DNA from: Actinomycetota bacterium
GTDB taxonomy: Bacteria; Actinomycetota; Geothermincolia; Geothermincolales; RBG-13-55-18
Direction of reading: 5' to 3'
Assembly: GCA_014360645.1 (NCBI GenBank)
Contig: JACIXD010000016.1
Span: 12,395-76,394, forward strand
DNA length: 64,000 nucleotides
Of this stretch, positions 17,630 to 27,177 are shown one piece after another (the first letter of the stretch is position 1; each line of letters begins with the position of its first letter). The position numbers and the translations under genes were made by a program. The notes beneath the pieces are model-generated. The model did no database searches. It was given only the letters and a program-made list of their open reading frames with translations, and was not told where the DNA came from.

Positions 17630-18772
17630 TTATCTCCCCAGCACCCAGACACAGTGCGACTGCCCGCACATGCCGTTGATGCCGTGCACCAGCGCGGTCT
17701 CCACGCCGTCGAGCTGGCGCTCGCCCGCCTCGCCGCGAAGCTGCAGCACCGCTTCGGCCATGGCATAGAGGCCCGCGGACTGCACGGGATTGGCGGAGAG
17801 GCGCCCGCCGGAGACGTTCACCGGGAATTTTCCGTCGGCGTTGAACCAGCCGCGCTCCAGGTACTCGCAGCCCTTGCCGTCATCGCAGATCCCCAGCCCC
17901 TCCAGCCACAGCGGCTCCATGTAGGAGAAGGCGTCGTAGACCTCGGCGAAATCGATCTCCTTGAGGGGGTCGGAGATGCCCGCCATCTCGTAGGCGCGCT
18001 TGGCGGCCTTCTTCAGGGCTCGCATGTCGGCGAGGTCGCGGTCCCCCAGGCGGAAGGCGTCGGAGCAGTGGCCCACGCCCTTCATCCACACCCTCTTCTT
18101 GTTGGTGGTGAGTTTCTTGGCCTGCCTTTCCGCCGCCAGGATGAGGGTGCAGGCCCCGTCGGTCACCGGGGAGCAGTCGAGCACCTTGAGGGGGTCGGCC
18201 ACCTTGCGGGAGTTCATGACGTCCTCCACGGTGATGTCCATGGGGAGGAGCGCGATGGGGTTCTTCTTGGCGTTGCCGTGGTTCTTCACCGACACCAGGG
18301 CGAACTGCTCTTCCAGTAGGCCGTACTTGCTCATGTAGCGGCGCGCCTGTAGTGCGGCGGAGGACACGGCGTCCAGCCCCAGCTTGCGCTCAACCAGGGG
18401 GTCGAAGGCGCAGTTGGTGATGCCGTTCATGTTGCTCTCCGTGCCCTTGTGGTGGGCGCAGACGATGGAGACCCCGAAGGAACCCGAGAGGATGCGCATC
18501 ATGCCGTAGAGAGCGCCGAAGGTGCCGTCGCCTTCCACGGTGGTGATGTCCTTGCCGTAGGCTCCCGAAGCGTCGGAGATGGCCATGCTGGAGATGGTGC
18601 GCCCGTCCCAGAAATCGCTGGAGACCGAGACCACGTTGTCCACCTCGTCGCGGGTGATGCCCGCGTCCTCCAGGGCCTTGGTGGTGGCCTCGAAGACCAT
18701 CTCCGCGAAGGTCAGGGGGCTGTTCTGCGCGTACTTGGTATAGCCTACACCGATGATCGCCACTTTTTCCAT
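17630..18772 (-). CDS. Thiolase-family protein (SCP-x type)
   Basis: AIIGVGYT, DCSPVTDGA, AEVYDAF, VNVSGG. Confidence 0.9.
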   Translation of the reverse strand: MEKVAIIGVGYTKYAQNSPLTFAEMVFEATTKALEDAGITRDEVDNVVSVSSDFWDGRTISSMAISDASGAYGKDITTVEGDGTFGALYGMMRILSGSFGVSIVCAHHKGTESNMNGITNCAFDPLVERKLGLDAVSSAALQARRYMSKYGLLEEQFALVSVKNHGNAKKNPIALLPMDITVEDVMNSRKVADPLKVLDCSPVTDGACTLILAAERQAKKLTTNKKRVWMKGVGHCSDAFRLGDRDLADMRALKKAAKRAYEMAGISDPLKEIDFAEVYDAFSYMEPLWLEGLGICDDGKGCEYLERGWFNADGKFPVNVSGGRLSANPVQSAGLYAMAEAVLQLRGEAGERQLDGVETALVHGINGMCGQSHCVWVLGR

Positions 18773-18790
18773 GTATCTCACCCCGCTTCC

Positions 18791-19264
18791 CTATGCCAGG
18801 GGACGGAAATGCCTGATGTCGAGGATGTTGCCCTCGCGCTCATCCTCGAGTACCGCCTCCACGCGCATGCCCACCTTGACCTGTTCCGGGTCCACGTCTC
18901 CGATAAAGTGGACTATGCCGGTGTCGGCGCCGTCCATCTTGATCACGCCGTACACGAAGGGGGCCTTGCGGGGGTGCATAGACGGCTCTTCATAGCGCAC
19001 CACGGTATAGGTCTCCACCGTGCCCGTGCCCGGGAGCTCCACCCAGTCGTGCGGCTCCTCGTAACAGTTTATGCACTTGATCTTCGGGGGAACGAAGGTC
19101 GTCCCGCAGCTCGGACAGCGGTTGGCCCAGATCTTGCCGTTGTCCCGCAGTTCGCAGTAGAAGCGGCTGAGCGTGCTTCCCACCGTCCAGGAATAAGGGA
19201 CGCTGATCTTGCCCTCGTGGACCAGTATCTCCACATCGTCCTTCCAATCAGACAACTGCTTCAC
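18791..19264 (-). CDS. DUF35 Zn-ribbon/OB-fold protein
   Basis: RCPSCGTTFVPPKIKCINC; VGMRVEAV; REGNILDI. Confidence 0.88.
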   Translation of the reverse strand: MKQLSDWKDDVEILVHEGKISVPYSWTVGSTLSRFYCELRDNGKIWANRCPSCGTTFVPPKIKCINCYEEPHDWVELPGTGTVETYTVVRYEEPSMHPRKAPFVYGVIKMDGADTGIVHFIGDVDPEQVKVGMRVEAVLEDEREGNILDIRHFRPLA

Positions 19265-19664
19265 CTCCCTTTACCTGACCCTGCTGCCGATAAGTGGTAC
19301 GTTCGCCGGAACCTCCATCCATCACCTCCTCACGGGGGCCGGATACCCTCCAGGACGTTGTCCGCCGTGCATCCCTCCTGGGGTGCGGCCGATGCCTTAC
19401 TATTTCCCGACTCAAGCCCCTTTTGGTCGTGTCCGCCGTCCGGGTCCTTGCGGGTAAAGACGACGGTGCCGTGACGTTTGGAAGAAAAATTCCTCACGGA
19501 GACTCCAATCGCGTTACGTCTCATCCCTCTACCCGAGCCGGCGGGCTGGCCGCACGTGGCCGTTTGCCGGAACAGATGCCCGTGTCCAGGGGCCGTGCCA
19601 ACAGATGCTTCGTAGCGTCGGGGCGCGCCCTCCTCCGCGCCCCCGAGCCGGCGCATAAAGCTTG

Positions 19665-19683
19665 TATTAAGCGAGCGTTAATA
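19665..19683. promoter_or_regulatory. Palindromic operator candidate TATTAA-N7-TTAATA
   Basis: Dyad in the AT-rich region upstream of the DUF35/thiolase operon. Confidence 0.4.
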
Positions 19684-19712
19684 TTCTATTACTTTTGCCG
19701 CCGTAAATAAAT

Positions 19713-20011
19713 GGGGTCAGCCCCGGACATGGGACATTGTCGTTGAACATCTTTATCCAGGGTCAGCCCCGGACATGGGACATTGTCGTTGAACATCTTC
19801 ATCCAGCGCCACCGGACATCCGGTCCAAGCGTCTTTTCACCCCGTCCTGGAGAGACTCGTGAAACATACCGAGAGATATCGGTGCCGTGATCTTCCGGGG
19901 TTCCGGGCGACGGGTGATCGGCCGCTGCCCGCCGAGGAAGCATCTCGCTGACGGCGGAAAGATAGCGCGAGGGAAAGCGCTGCTTTTTGTCCCATGTCCG
20001 GGGCTGACCCC
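19713..20011. repeat. REP-like family B (GGGGTCAGCCCCGGACATGGGACA): two plus copies and one inverted copy
   Basis: 19713-19736, 19760-19782, reverse complement at 19988-20011 abutting the AOR stop. Confidence 0.9.
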
Positions 20012-20012
20012 A

Positions 20013-21872
20013 TTATAGGTGGTTGGCGACGTCGCCGAGGCCGTATTTCTCGAGCGTCTCCCGGGTGGGAATGCCGTCCGGGGTCATGCCGCGGTACTCG
20101 TAGAACTCCCGCAGCATGGTGTCCATGTCCGGCACCGACCCGGCGATACCGCCGTCCTCCACCGGGGTCATGATGCGTTGCCCGATACGGTCATCGGCTC
20201 CGGTGGCTCCCCAGATGTGGCCCAGGCAGCGCTGCAGGAACCACACCCGCGCGCCCGCCTCCATCATCTTGGCCACGTCCCAGCCGTATCCCGCCACCGC
20301 GTTGAAGAGCTCCGCCCACTGGGTGACGGAATAGGCGGTGCCCGGGAACTCGCACCAGCAGGCGGAGTTCATGATGCAGCCCAGGTCGGCGGTGAGGGCC
20401 ACCGCCTCCGCCTTGTACTCCGCTGACTGCGGCATGTAGTTCTTGTCCAGGCCTATCTCGGGGTACTCGACGGCGCCCCATTCCAGGAGGAAGGTGAGGT
20501 TGGACACGTGGCAGGCACCGCGGATGGAGACGGCGTAGGCGAGGCCGTCGCCCCAGTTGCAGCGCGGGTCGTGCATGGGAGCCTCCAGCCCCTTGGAGTC
20601 GGTGAGGTAGGCTTCCGCCCCTCCACCCACCTCCTCCGCGGCGGCACGCGACCCCTTGGCCAGGAGAGAGGCCAGCCTGCCCTGCCTGGCCACCACGCTG
20701 GGCAGGAGCTCGATCACCGCGTCCACGTCGCCCCATTCCAGCTTCATGCCATCGTATTCCTCCGGCTTGAGGATGCCCACTTCGAAGCAGTCCATGGCCC
20801 AGGCGAAGGTGGCCCCCATGGTGATGGTGTCTATGCCGGCGCGGTTGCAGAAATCGTTGATCTTGCACAGAGCGGCCAGGTTGTCGTTCATGATCAGGGT
20901 GCCGAAGGCGGCCTGGGTCTCGTATTCCGGTCCCGGCCCGGGCCTGGCCATGGCGTAAGGGCCTTCCTTGACCTCCACCACCGGCTTGCAGCGCACCGCG
21001 CAGCCGCGGCAGCTGGCGTGGTCCACGACGAAGTTGTCGGCGAGGGCGATGCCGGAGAGCTTCTCCGCCCCCTCTTCCCATAACCCCCGTCCCCAGTTGC
21101 GGGTGGGGACGTCTCCCTCGAACATCTTGGCCTCCATGTTGGCGCCGGTGCCGAAGGCGGAGAGGGCGCCGCAGAAGATGTTGTCCTTGATCATCTCGCG
21201 GTGCTCCTCCTGCATGGCCTTGACCTTCTCGGGGTCGGCGAACTCCATTTTCTTGTTGCCCTCGCCCACAATGGCTTTGAGCTGCTTGGAGCCCATCACC
21301 GCCCCCATGCCCGCGCGGCCGAAATGGTGGCCGTAGTCGTTGGCTATGCTGGCGAAGGGGATGAGGTTCTCGCCCGCCGGCCCGATGGCCAGCACCTTGG
21401 CCCCCTTGCCGTAGCGCTCCTTGAGGACGTCGGTGGTCTCGTAGGTGTCCATGCCCCAGAGGTCGTCGGCGGGAAGGAGGTCCGCGGAGTCCTCGCCCAG
21501 CAGCAGGAACACCGGGCTCGCCGCCTTGCCCTTCAGGATCACCGCGTCATAGCCGCACCGCTTGAGCTCGGGGCCGAAGTTGCCCCCGCAGGAGGCCTGT
21601 CCCCAGATGCCGGTGAGGGGAGAGCGCGCTCCCACCGTGAGGCGGCTGGAGCCGGAGAAGCCGATGCCCGTGAGAGGACCGGCGGCGAAGATGAGCAGGT
21701 TGTCCGGATCCAGGGCTCCCGCCTCCAGGTTTCCCCGCTCGAAGAGCAGCCTGGCCGCCAGGCCCGCCCCACCGATATAGTCACGGTAGGTCTGCTCGGG
21801 GATCTCTATCTCCTGTGTGGACCCGGTCGAGAGGTCCACCTCCAGGACCTTCCCCATGTTGCCGAAAGCCAT
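20013..21872 (-). CDS. aor: Aldehyde:ferredoxin oxidoreductase (tungsten AOR family)
   Basis: RSPLTG, IGPAGE, GRAGMGAVMGSK, CRGCAVRC, GPEYET, KGLEAPMHDPR. Confidence 0.92.
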   Translation of the reverse strand: MAFGNMGKVLEVDLSTGSTQEIEIPEQTYRDYIGGAGLAARLLFERGNLEAGALDPDNLLIFAAGPLTGIGFSGSSRLTVGARSPLTGIWGQASCGGNFGPELKRCGYDAVILKGKAASPVFLLLGEDSADLLPADDLWGMDTYETTDVLKERYGKGAKVLAIGPAGENLIPFASIANDYGHHFGRAGMGAVMGSKQLKAIVGEGNKKMEFADPEKVKAMQEEHREMIKDNIFCGALSAFGTGANMEAKMFEGDVPTRNWGRGLWEEGAEKLSGIALADNFVVDHASCRGCAVRCKPVVEVKEGPYAMARPGPGPEYETQAAFGTLIMNDNLAALCKINDFCNRAGIDTITMGATFAWAMDCFEVGILKPEEYDGMKLEWGDVDAVIELLPSVVARQGRLASLLAKGSRAAAEEVGGGAEAYLTDSKGLEAPMHDPRCNWGDGLAYAVSIRGACHVSNLTFLLEWGAVEYPEIGLDKNYMPQSAEYKAEAVALTADLGCIMNSACWCEFPGTAYSVTQWAELFNAVAGYGWDVAKMMEAGARVWFLQRCLGHIWGATGADDRIGQRIMTPVEDGGIAGSVPDMDTMLREFYEYRGMTPDGIPTRETLEKYGLGDVANHL

Positions 21873-21982
21873 GTGCATCACTCCCCTCCTGGATGGCCGG
21901 GAGCGGACGCCCGCCGGCGGCGCGCCCCGGCTTTCTCACTCACTGCAAACCGTTGCCGGCCCCTCTGCCGTCGAGACGGGGT

Positions 21983-22399
21983 TCAGTTCAGGGACATGAT
22001 CTTGGTGAGCCTGGTAAGGGCTCCCAGGTGCGTGAACATCCCCTTGATCTTCAGCTCCCGCTTGAGGAGCTTCTTCACCACCGCCATGCCCGTCTCGTCG
22101 AAGTACCAGGGCATGCCGTACTTGATGTTGATGTTGGCCAGGTCGAGCAGGGAGGCGGCGTCGGTCTCGATGGAGAGGTCGGGGGTGCCTTCCCTGCCGC
22201 CGTAAACGGTCAGGCTACCCCGGTTGAAGTCCATGGTGATCTCCGTCTCCGCGTCCACGGCGTGGATATAGACGCGCGCCTTGAGCCGGTTGAACTCCTT
22301 GAGCTTCTCCGGTTTCTCGATGTTGGCCTTGAGCATGTCCGAGAGCATCACCGCCATGGCCACCTCGTCGGCGCCGGGCGCTAGCTTGACATCCGCCAT
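21983..22399 (-). CDS. SCP2 sterol/lipid-binding domain protein
   Basis: PDLSIETD...LLKRELKIKG pattern; lipid-catabolic context. Confidence 0.6.
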   Translation of the reverse strand: MADVKLAPGADEVAMAVMLSDMLKANIEKPEKLKEFNRLKARVYIHAVDAETEITMDFNRGSLTVYGGREGTPDLSIETDAASLLDLANINIKYGMPWYFDETGMAVVKKLLKRELKIKGMFTHLGALTRLTKIMSLN

Positions 22400-22461
22400 C
22401 TGTTTACCTCCTTTTCAGGTCAAGCGGCGGGACCGCGGCCGAAAGTCCGCGCGGGTTCCGC

Positions 22462-23625
22462 TCAGAAAGCCTTCTTGTACACCTCCATCACCTGCTCCGC
22501 CTCGAAGATCATCTTGGGGTTGTAGACGATGGAGCCGTCGCAGAGGGCCATGTCCGAGGCCTCGGCGAGCCCCTCCTCCTCCACGCCCACCTCGCGCAGC
22601 GACTGGGGCATACCGATCTTTTTGGTGAGCTCGAACACGGCATCCACCGCCGCGCCGGCCGCCTCCTCGTCGCTCATGCCCCTCTCCCTGACTCCCATGG
22701 CCTCGGCCACGAAGGCGTAGCGGTCGGCGCATTCGTCCATGTTGTACATCATCACGTGGGGCAGCAGGATGGAGTTGGCCACCCCGTGGGGCACCTTGTA
22801 GAGGGCGCCCACGCAGTGGGCCATGGCGTGCACCAGTCCGACCTGGGCGTTGGAGAAGGCGATGCCGGCCATGGTCGCCGCGATCTGCTGCTGTCCGCGC
22901 GCCACCAGGTCGGAGCCGTTCTCCACGCAGATGGGGAGATACTGCATGATGAGGCGTATGGCTCCGAAAGCAAGGGTGTCGGAGATGGGCTCGGCCTGGA
23001 GGGCGTGGATGGCCTCGATGGCGTGGGTGAGGGCGTCCATGCCCGTCATGGCGGTGATGCGCGGCGGCATGGTCGCGGTCATCTCCGGGTCGAGGATGGC
23101 GGTGTTGGGCATGAGGTAGTCGTCCCCGTAGAGCAGCTTCTGGTTCTTCTCCCAGTCTTTGATCACGAAGGCGTAGGTGACCTCGCTCCCGGTACCGGCG
23201 GTGGTGGGGATGACCACGTGAGGGGTGATGGGATGGGTGAGCATCTGGAACCCCTGGTAGTCCTGTAGGTTCCCGCCCTCAGAGACGATGATGGCCATGC
23301 CCTTGGCGGTGTCGATGACGCTGCCGCCGCCCACGCTCACCAGGCAGTCGGCGCCCTTTTCGCGCGCGATCTCGGCGGCCTCGTTGACGATGTGGTACCC
23401 GGAGTCCTGGGGCACGCCGTCGAAGGTGCCCACGTGGCGGTTCCCCAGGGCCTTTTCCACCTTCTCGACGAGCCCCGCCTCCACCAGGCCTTTGTCGGTG
23501 ACCACGAAGGCACGGGAGCACTTGAGGTGGTCCACCTCCGCTCCCAGGTCCTTCACCGCCCCGACGCCGAACACCAGCCTGGTGTAGTTCTTGTAGATGA
23601 AGGAGAGGTCCTTATCGTAGGCCAT
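22462..23625 (-). CDS. Iron-containing alcohol dehydrogenase
   Basis: VGGGSVIDTAK, PTTAGTGSE, GMDALTHAIE, GLVHAMAH, PHG. Confidence 0.93.
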   Translation of the reverse strand: MAYDKDLSFIYKNYTRLVFGVGAVKDLGAEVDHLKCSRAFVVTDKGLVEAGLVEKVEKALGNRHVGTFDGVPQDSGYHIVNEAAEIAREKGADCLVSVGGGSVIDTAKGMAIIVSEGGNLQDYQGFQMLTHPITPHVVIPTTAGTGSEVTYAFVIKDWEKNQKLLYGDDYLMPNTAILDPEMTATMPPRITAMTGMDALTHAIEAIHALQAEPISDTLAFGAIRLIMQYLPICVENGSDLVARGQQQIAATMAGIAFSNAQVGLVHAMAHCVGALYKVPHGVANSILLPHVMMYNMDECADRYAFVAEAMGVRERGMSDEEAAGAAVDAVFELTKKIGMPQSLREVGVEEEGLAEASDMALCDGSIVYNPKMIFEAEQVMEVYKKAF

Positions 23626-24114
23626 GCATATCACCTCCGGTCTGGTTCCCGGGGACCGGCGCCCCGGGGTCATCGGGTATTCATGCGCCGCTGGTGCGGC
23701 CGCTCTCTACCTCCAAGTCTCGGCGTCCGCAGGCAGGGAGCGGGCCGCCTGCCATCATGCCCGTTGCACTCCGGTGACGCCGTGATCGATCTGCTCTGCT
23801 CCGAAAACCGCGGGTGGAAGAGAATGCCTCCCCGCCGCGGCATGCAGGTCGCGATCGCGGTGGCGGACTCTTCCGGGCCGCTCTCCTCGCCGGGCGCCGG
23901 CCTCCGGGACGGGATGCTCGCCCGCGCGCACCGTGCGCGCGGGCGGGATTCCCTTTGCTCCCGCGCCTCGCGCTGCCTGCCGCCCTCTCTCCGTGACGGC
24001 TTCCAGCGAATAGCGCCTTACCGTCACGCCACGGGAGGAAGCCTCTTCCTGCGCGGGCTCCAGGTCTCGGTTCCGAAAGCCCGTCTGAAAGCGAAAGGCT
24101 ACCAGCTGCCCCGG

Positions 24115-24678
24115 CTATATCCCCAACTCCTCCTCGGCCCGCTTGAGCAGCGCGCGCAGCTCCTCCTTGCCGGCATCGTCCAGTTCGTCGGGGAAGCGTG
24201 GGTTGGTGGAGGCGGAGAGGTCCACGAGGCGGGAGGCCGCCTTCACCGCACGCACGATGGTGGGGAGGTCGCCCTTGAGCTTGAGCTTACCCTGCATCAT
24301 GCCCTTGACGGTGTCCAGCTCCTTGGCCATGACCGCCTTCCAGCGCTCGTACTCGCCGGTGATGACGTAATCCCCGGCCTCGCCCACCTCGGCGGGCACG
24401 ATGCGCACGTAGTTGCAGTCGCCGTGCCAGAGGTCCATGAACATGTAGAGGTCCTTGTCCAGCCCTATCTCCGGCTTGGCGAGGATCTTGATGACCACCG
24501 AGCCTTCCCAGGTCTTGGCGGCCTCCTTGTACTCGGCGTCGTTCTGGATGAGCTCCTCGTACTGCTTCACCCACTCCGGGGTCCCCATGATATAGGGGGG
24601 TGACTGGCTCTCCATCCTCTCCTTTACGATGTTGTTGTAGGCCTCAACCCATTCGTCGGTGCCATACGGAATTGCCAT
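24115..24678 (-). CDS. SCP2-domain protein with duplicated N-terminal GT.EW motif
   Basis: YGTDEWV...MGTPEWV; AAKTWEG; LDTVKGMMQGKLKLKGD. Confidence 0.8.
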   Translation of the reverse strand: MAIPYGTDEWVEAYNNIVKERMESQSPPYIMGTPEWVKQYEELIQNDAEYKEAAKTWEGSVVIKILAKPEIGLDKDLYMFMDLWHGDCNYVRIVPAEVGEAGDYVITGEYERWKAVMAKELDTVKGMMQGKLKLKGDLPTIVRAVKAASRLVDLSASTNPRFPDELDDAGKEELRALLKRAEEELGI

Positions 24679-24775
24679 ACCATTCCCTCCTCTGACTAGT
24701 CGAGTCGCCCAGCAGTGTCTCGCCGGAGGCAGGCGCACGAGGCACGAGTCTACCGGCATGAACAATATAATTAGT

Positions 24776-24793
24776 TTGCATACGATTATGCAA
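24776..24793. promoter_or_regulatory. Palindromic operator TTGCATA-N4-TATGCAA
   Basis: Perfect 7-bp dyad in the divergent promoter region. Confidence 0.55.
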
Positions 24794-25122
24794 CCGATCC
24801 GGCTTGGCCCCGGCGCATGCGGGCGCGGGCCGAAAGCCGCACCCCCGCCGCGCAAGGGCGTCCTCGGTTCCCGGCGCGTGCGGGCGCGGGGGGAAGAGCA
24901 GACTTTCAAGCGCGACGGGGAGGGAGGGGTCCGCGACGCGCGCGGGCGTCTGGGTAGGGGATGGTCAAGCCGGCGCGGACCGGCCTCTCGAAGGGCGCCG
25001 GGGAGGCGGTGCGCTACCCCGCAGCCCATTCGCACAGCTCCTGAGGGGCTTGCCGCGCGGGCGTTGGGAGGCCGGTTGTGATAGATTATGGGCATAGGCC
25101 TCAGAAAAAAAGGAGGGAGAGG

Positions 25123-26112
25123 ATGTTCGAACGGGATAAATGCGACCTTTGCGGAGACTGCGTCTTTCTGTGCCCCTACGTGGACTACGACCGCGAGCAG
25201 TCCATAGAGCAGTTCCGGGCCCTCAAGGAGGGCGGCACGCCCGAGATCGTCAGCCAGTGCGTCACCTGCGTGGCCTGCAACCAGTTCTGCGAGAAGGGCG
25301 CCAACCCCTTCGACCTCATCCTGAAGCGCCAGGAGGAGACGGGGGTGCTGAACATCCCGGAGCAGAACACCGAGGTCTTCCGCAACCTCCCCAAGGCCCC
25401 GAGCCAGGTGATAGCGGGAGAGCCGGGCAGGCCGACCCTTTCCCTCTGCAGTGTGGGGGACTTTATCCCCGGCCTTTTCGAGGGACCGCTCTTCCAGGGG
25501 ATGACGGTGCTCAAGGGAGGCGATTATTTCTGCAACGTGGGCTGGGTGCACCTGGGTTACGAGACGCCGGTGCGCGAGGGAGCGCGGCGGGTGGTGGAAA
25601 ACCTCGCCGCCACGGGGGCCTCGGAGATCATCTTCTACCACGACGACTGCTACGCTCTCCTGGCCTCCATGGTCAAGGAGTACGGCATAGAGGTGCCCTT
25701 CCGTCCCGTGCACATCATAGAGTATCTGCTGGAACAGGTCAGGGAGCGGAGGGACGAGGTCAAGCCCTTGAACATGAAGGTAGCCTACCAGCAGCCCTGC
25801 GCCTCGCGCTATACGCCCTGGAAGGACGAGCAGCTGGACGAGCTCTTCGAGCTCATCGGGGTTGAGAGGGTGGAGAGGAAGCACGACCGCAGGTTCGCCC
25901 TCTGCTGCGGGTCGCCCATGATGCCCCGCGACCGCGACAAGGCCATGGAGATAAAGAGGCGCAACATCGACGACGCCGTGGAACACGGAGCCCGGGCCAT
26001 GGCCTATCTCTGTCCCCTCTGCGTGCTCAACCTGCGCAAGGTGGCCGACGCCGCCGGGCTGGAGGGCTATCACATCATCGAGCTCACCAGGAAGGCCCTG
26101 GGTTATGCATGA
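25123..26112 (+). CDS. Fe-S protein with CCG domain (HdrD/GlpC-like)
   Basis: CDLCGDCVFLCP, CVTCVACNQFC, YQQPCASR, LCCG, CPLC. Confidence 0.85.
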   Translation: MFERDKCDLCGDCVFLCPYVDYDREQSIEQFRALKEGGTPEIVSQCVTCVACNQFCEKGANPFDLILKRQEETGVLNIPEQNTEVFRNLPKAPSQVIAGEPGRPTLSLCSVGDFIPGLFEGPLFQGMTVLKGGDYFCNVGWVHLGYETPVREGARRVVENLAATGASEIIFYHDDCYALLASMVKEYGIEVPFRPVHIIEYLLEQVRERRDEVKPLNMKVAYQQPCASRYTPWKDEQLDELFELIGVERVERKHDRRFALCCGSPMMPRDRDKAMEIKRRNIDDAVEHGARAMAYLCPLCVLNLRKVADAAGLEGYHIIELTRKALGYA

Positions 26113-26506
26113 GACCCCGGGCGTTGCTGCTGATGTTCCGAGAGACCCTTATCGGCTCGATTCCCGGGGGTCGCGGGCATGTCCGGCGGGGGGCGGGACG
26201 CGTGCCGCGATGCGTGGTCGGCGGAGACGGGCCGGGATGCCGGTACGCGGGATAAAGAAAGATCATCGGGCATGTGACGGGAAGTTGACCCCCGAATTGT
26301 AATAATTGTAATGACACCGGCGGGGGCCTTGTCGGCACGCGGGTTGCTCCGTGAGGGTTGGGGAAAAAGCCTGGCGGTCGGGATGCCTGCGAAGGCCGTT
26401 TTGAGATTCCCGCCCGGTATCTCTCGCACCATGCACCATATATGCCTTTGCCTTCTACATGAACGGGATGCCGCCGTGGACGGCTTGCGGCCGGCGTGCC
26501 CCCGCG

Positions 26507-27166
26507 TTAAAGACCCCCACGTGCCTTTCCGATCAGGGACCCGATGAGGGAGGGGGCCCCGGCGGCGCTCTCCCCGTAGCCGTCGGCCCCCATGTCGGCG
26601 GCCACGTCGGAGGAGAGAGGGGCTCCTCCCACCACGATGACGGGCCGCGGCTCCAGGGACCGCGCCAGCTCCACGGTGCGGCGCATGTTGGGCAGGGTGG
26701 TGGTCATCATGGTGGAGAGGGCAAGTACCCCGGCGCCGCTGGCCCTGGTCTCGTCCAGGAACCTCTGGGGCGGCACGTCGTAGCCGAGGTCGATGACCCT
26801 GTATCCCTCGGCCTCGAGCATGGCCGCCACGAGGTTCTTCCCTATCTCGTGGACGTCTCCCTCCACCACGCCCAGCACCACCGTCTCGCCCGCGTCAAGG
26901 GCACCGGACTCCCGCAGGGAGGGAAGCACAGCGCGCATGCCGGCGTGCATGGCCTCGGAGGCCATGAGCAGCTCCGGAAGGAAGTACTCGTGGCGCTCGT
27001 AGAGATCCCCGGCCTCCCGCATGCCCCGGCAGAGACCGTTCTGGATGATCTCCCGCGCGGCAACCCCCCCGGCCAGGGCTTCCTCGCACCGCGACGCGGC
27101 CACTTCTTCCGCGCCGTCCCTCACCGCCGCTGCTATGGACGACAACACCAGGTCTTTTTCTCCCAT
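26507..27166 (-). CDS. Methyltransferase cognate corrinoid protein
   Basis: GDVHEIGKNLV, LSTMMTTT, VGGAP B12-binding motifs. Confidence 0.9.
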   Translation of the reverse strand: MGEKDLVLSSIAAAVRDGAEEVAASRCEEALAGGVAAREIIQNGLCRGMREAGDLYERHEYFLPELLMASEAMHAGMRAVLPSLRESGALDAGETVVLGVVEGDVHEIGKNLVAAMLEAEGYRVIDLGYDVPPQRFLDETRASGAGVLALSTMMTTTLPNMRRTVELARSLEPRPVIVVGGAPLSSDVAADMGADGYGESAAGAPSLIGSLIGKARGGL

Positions 27167-27177
27167 CTTGCTCACCC

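Noticed and set aside
23626-24114. Moco/W-cofactor riboswitch upstream of ADH-AOR
   Set aside because: A hairpin (CCGTGACGG/CCGTCACG) is present but I could not find the conserved motif elements; needs Infernal
24679-26073. 652-aa ORF 24115..26073 as one protein
   Set aside because: The upstream part is the antisense shadow of the Fe-S gene; the real SCP2 gene starts at 24678 after an SD
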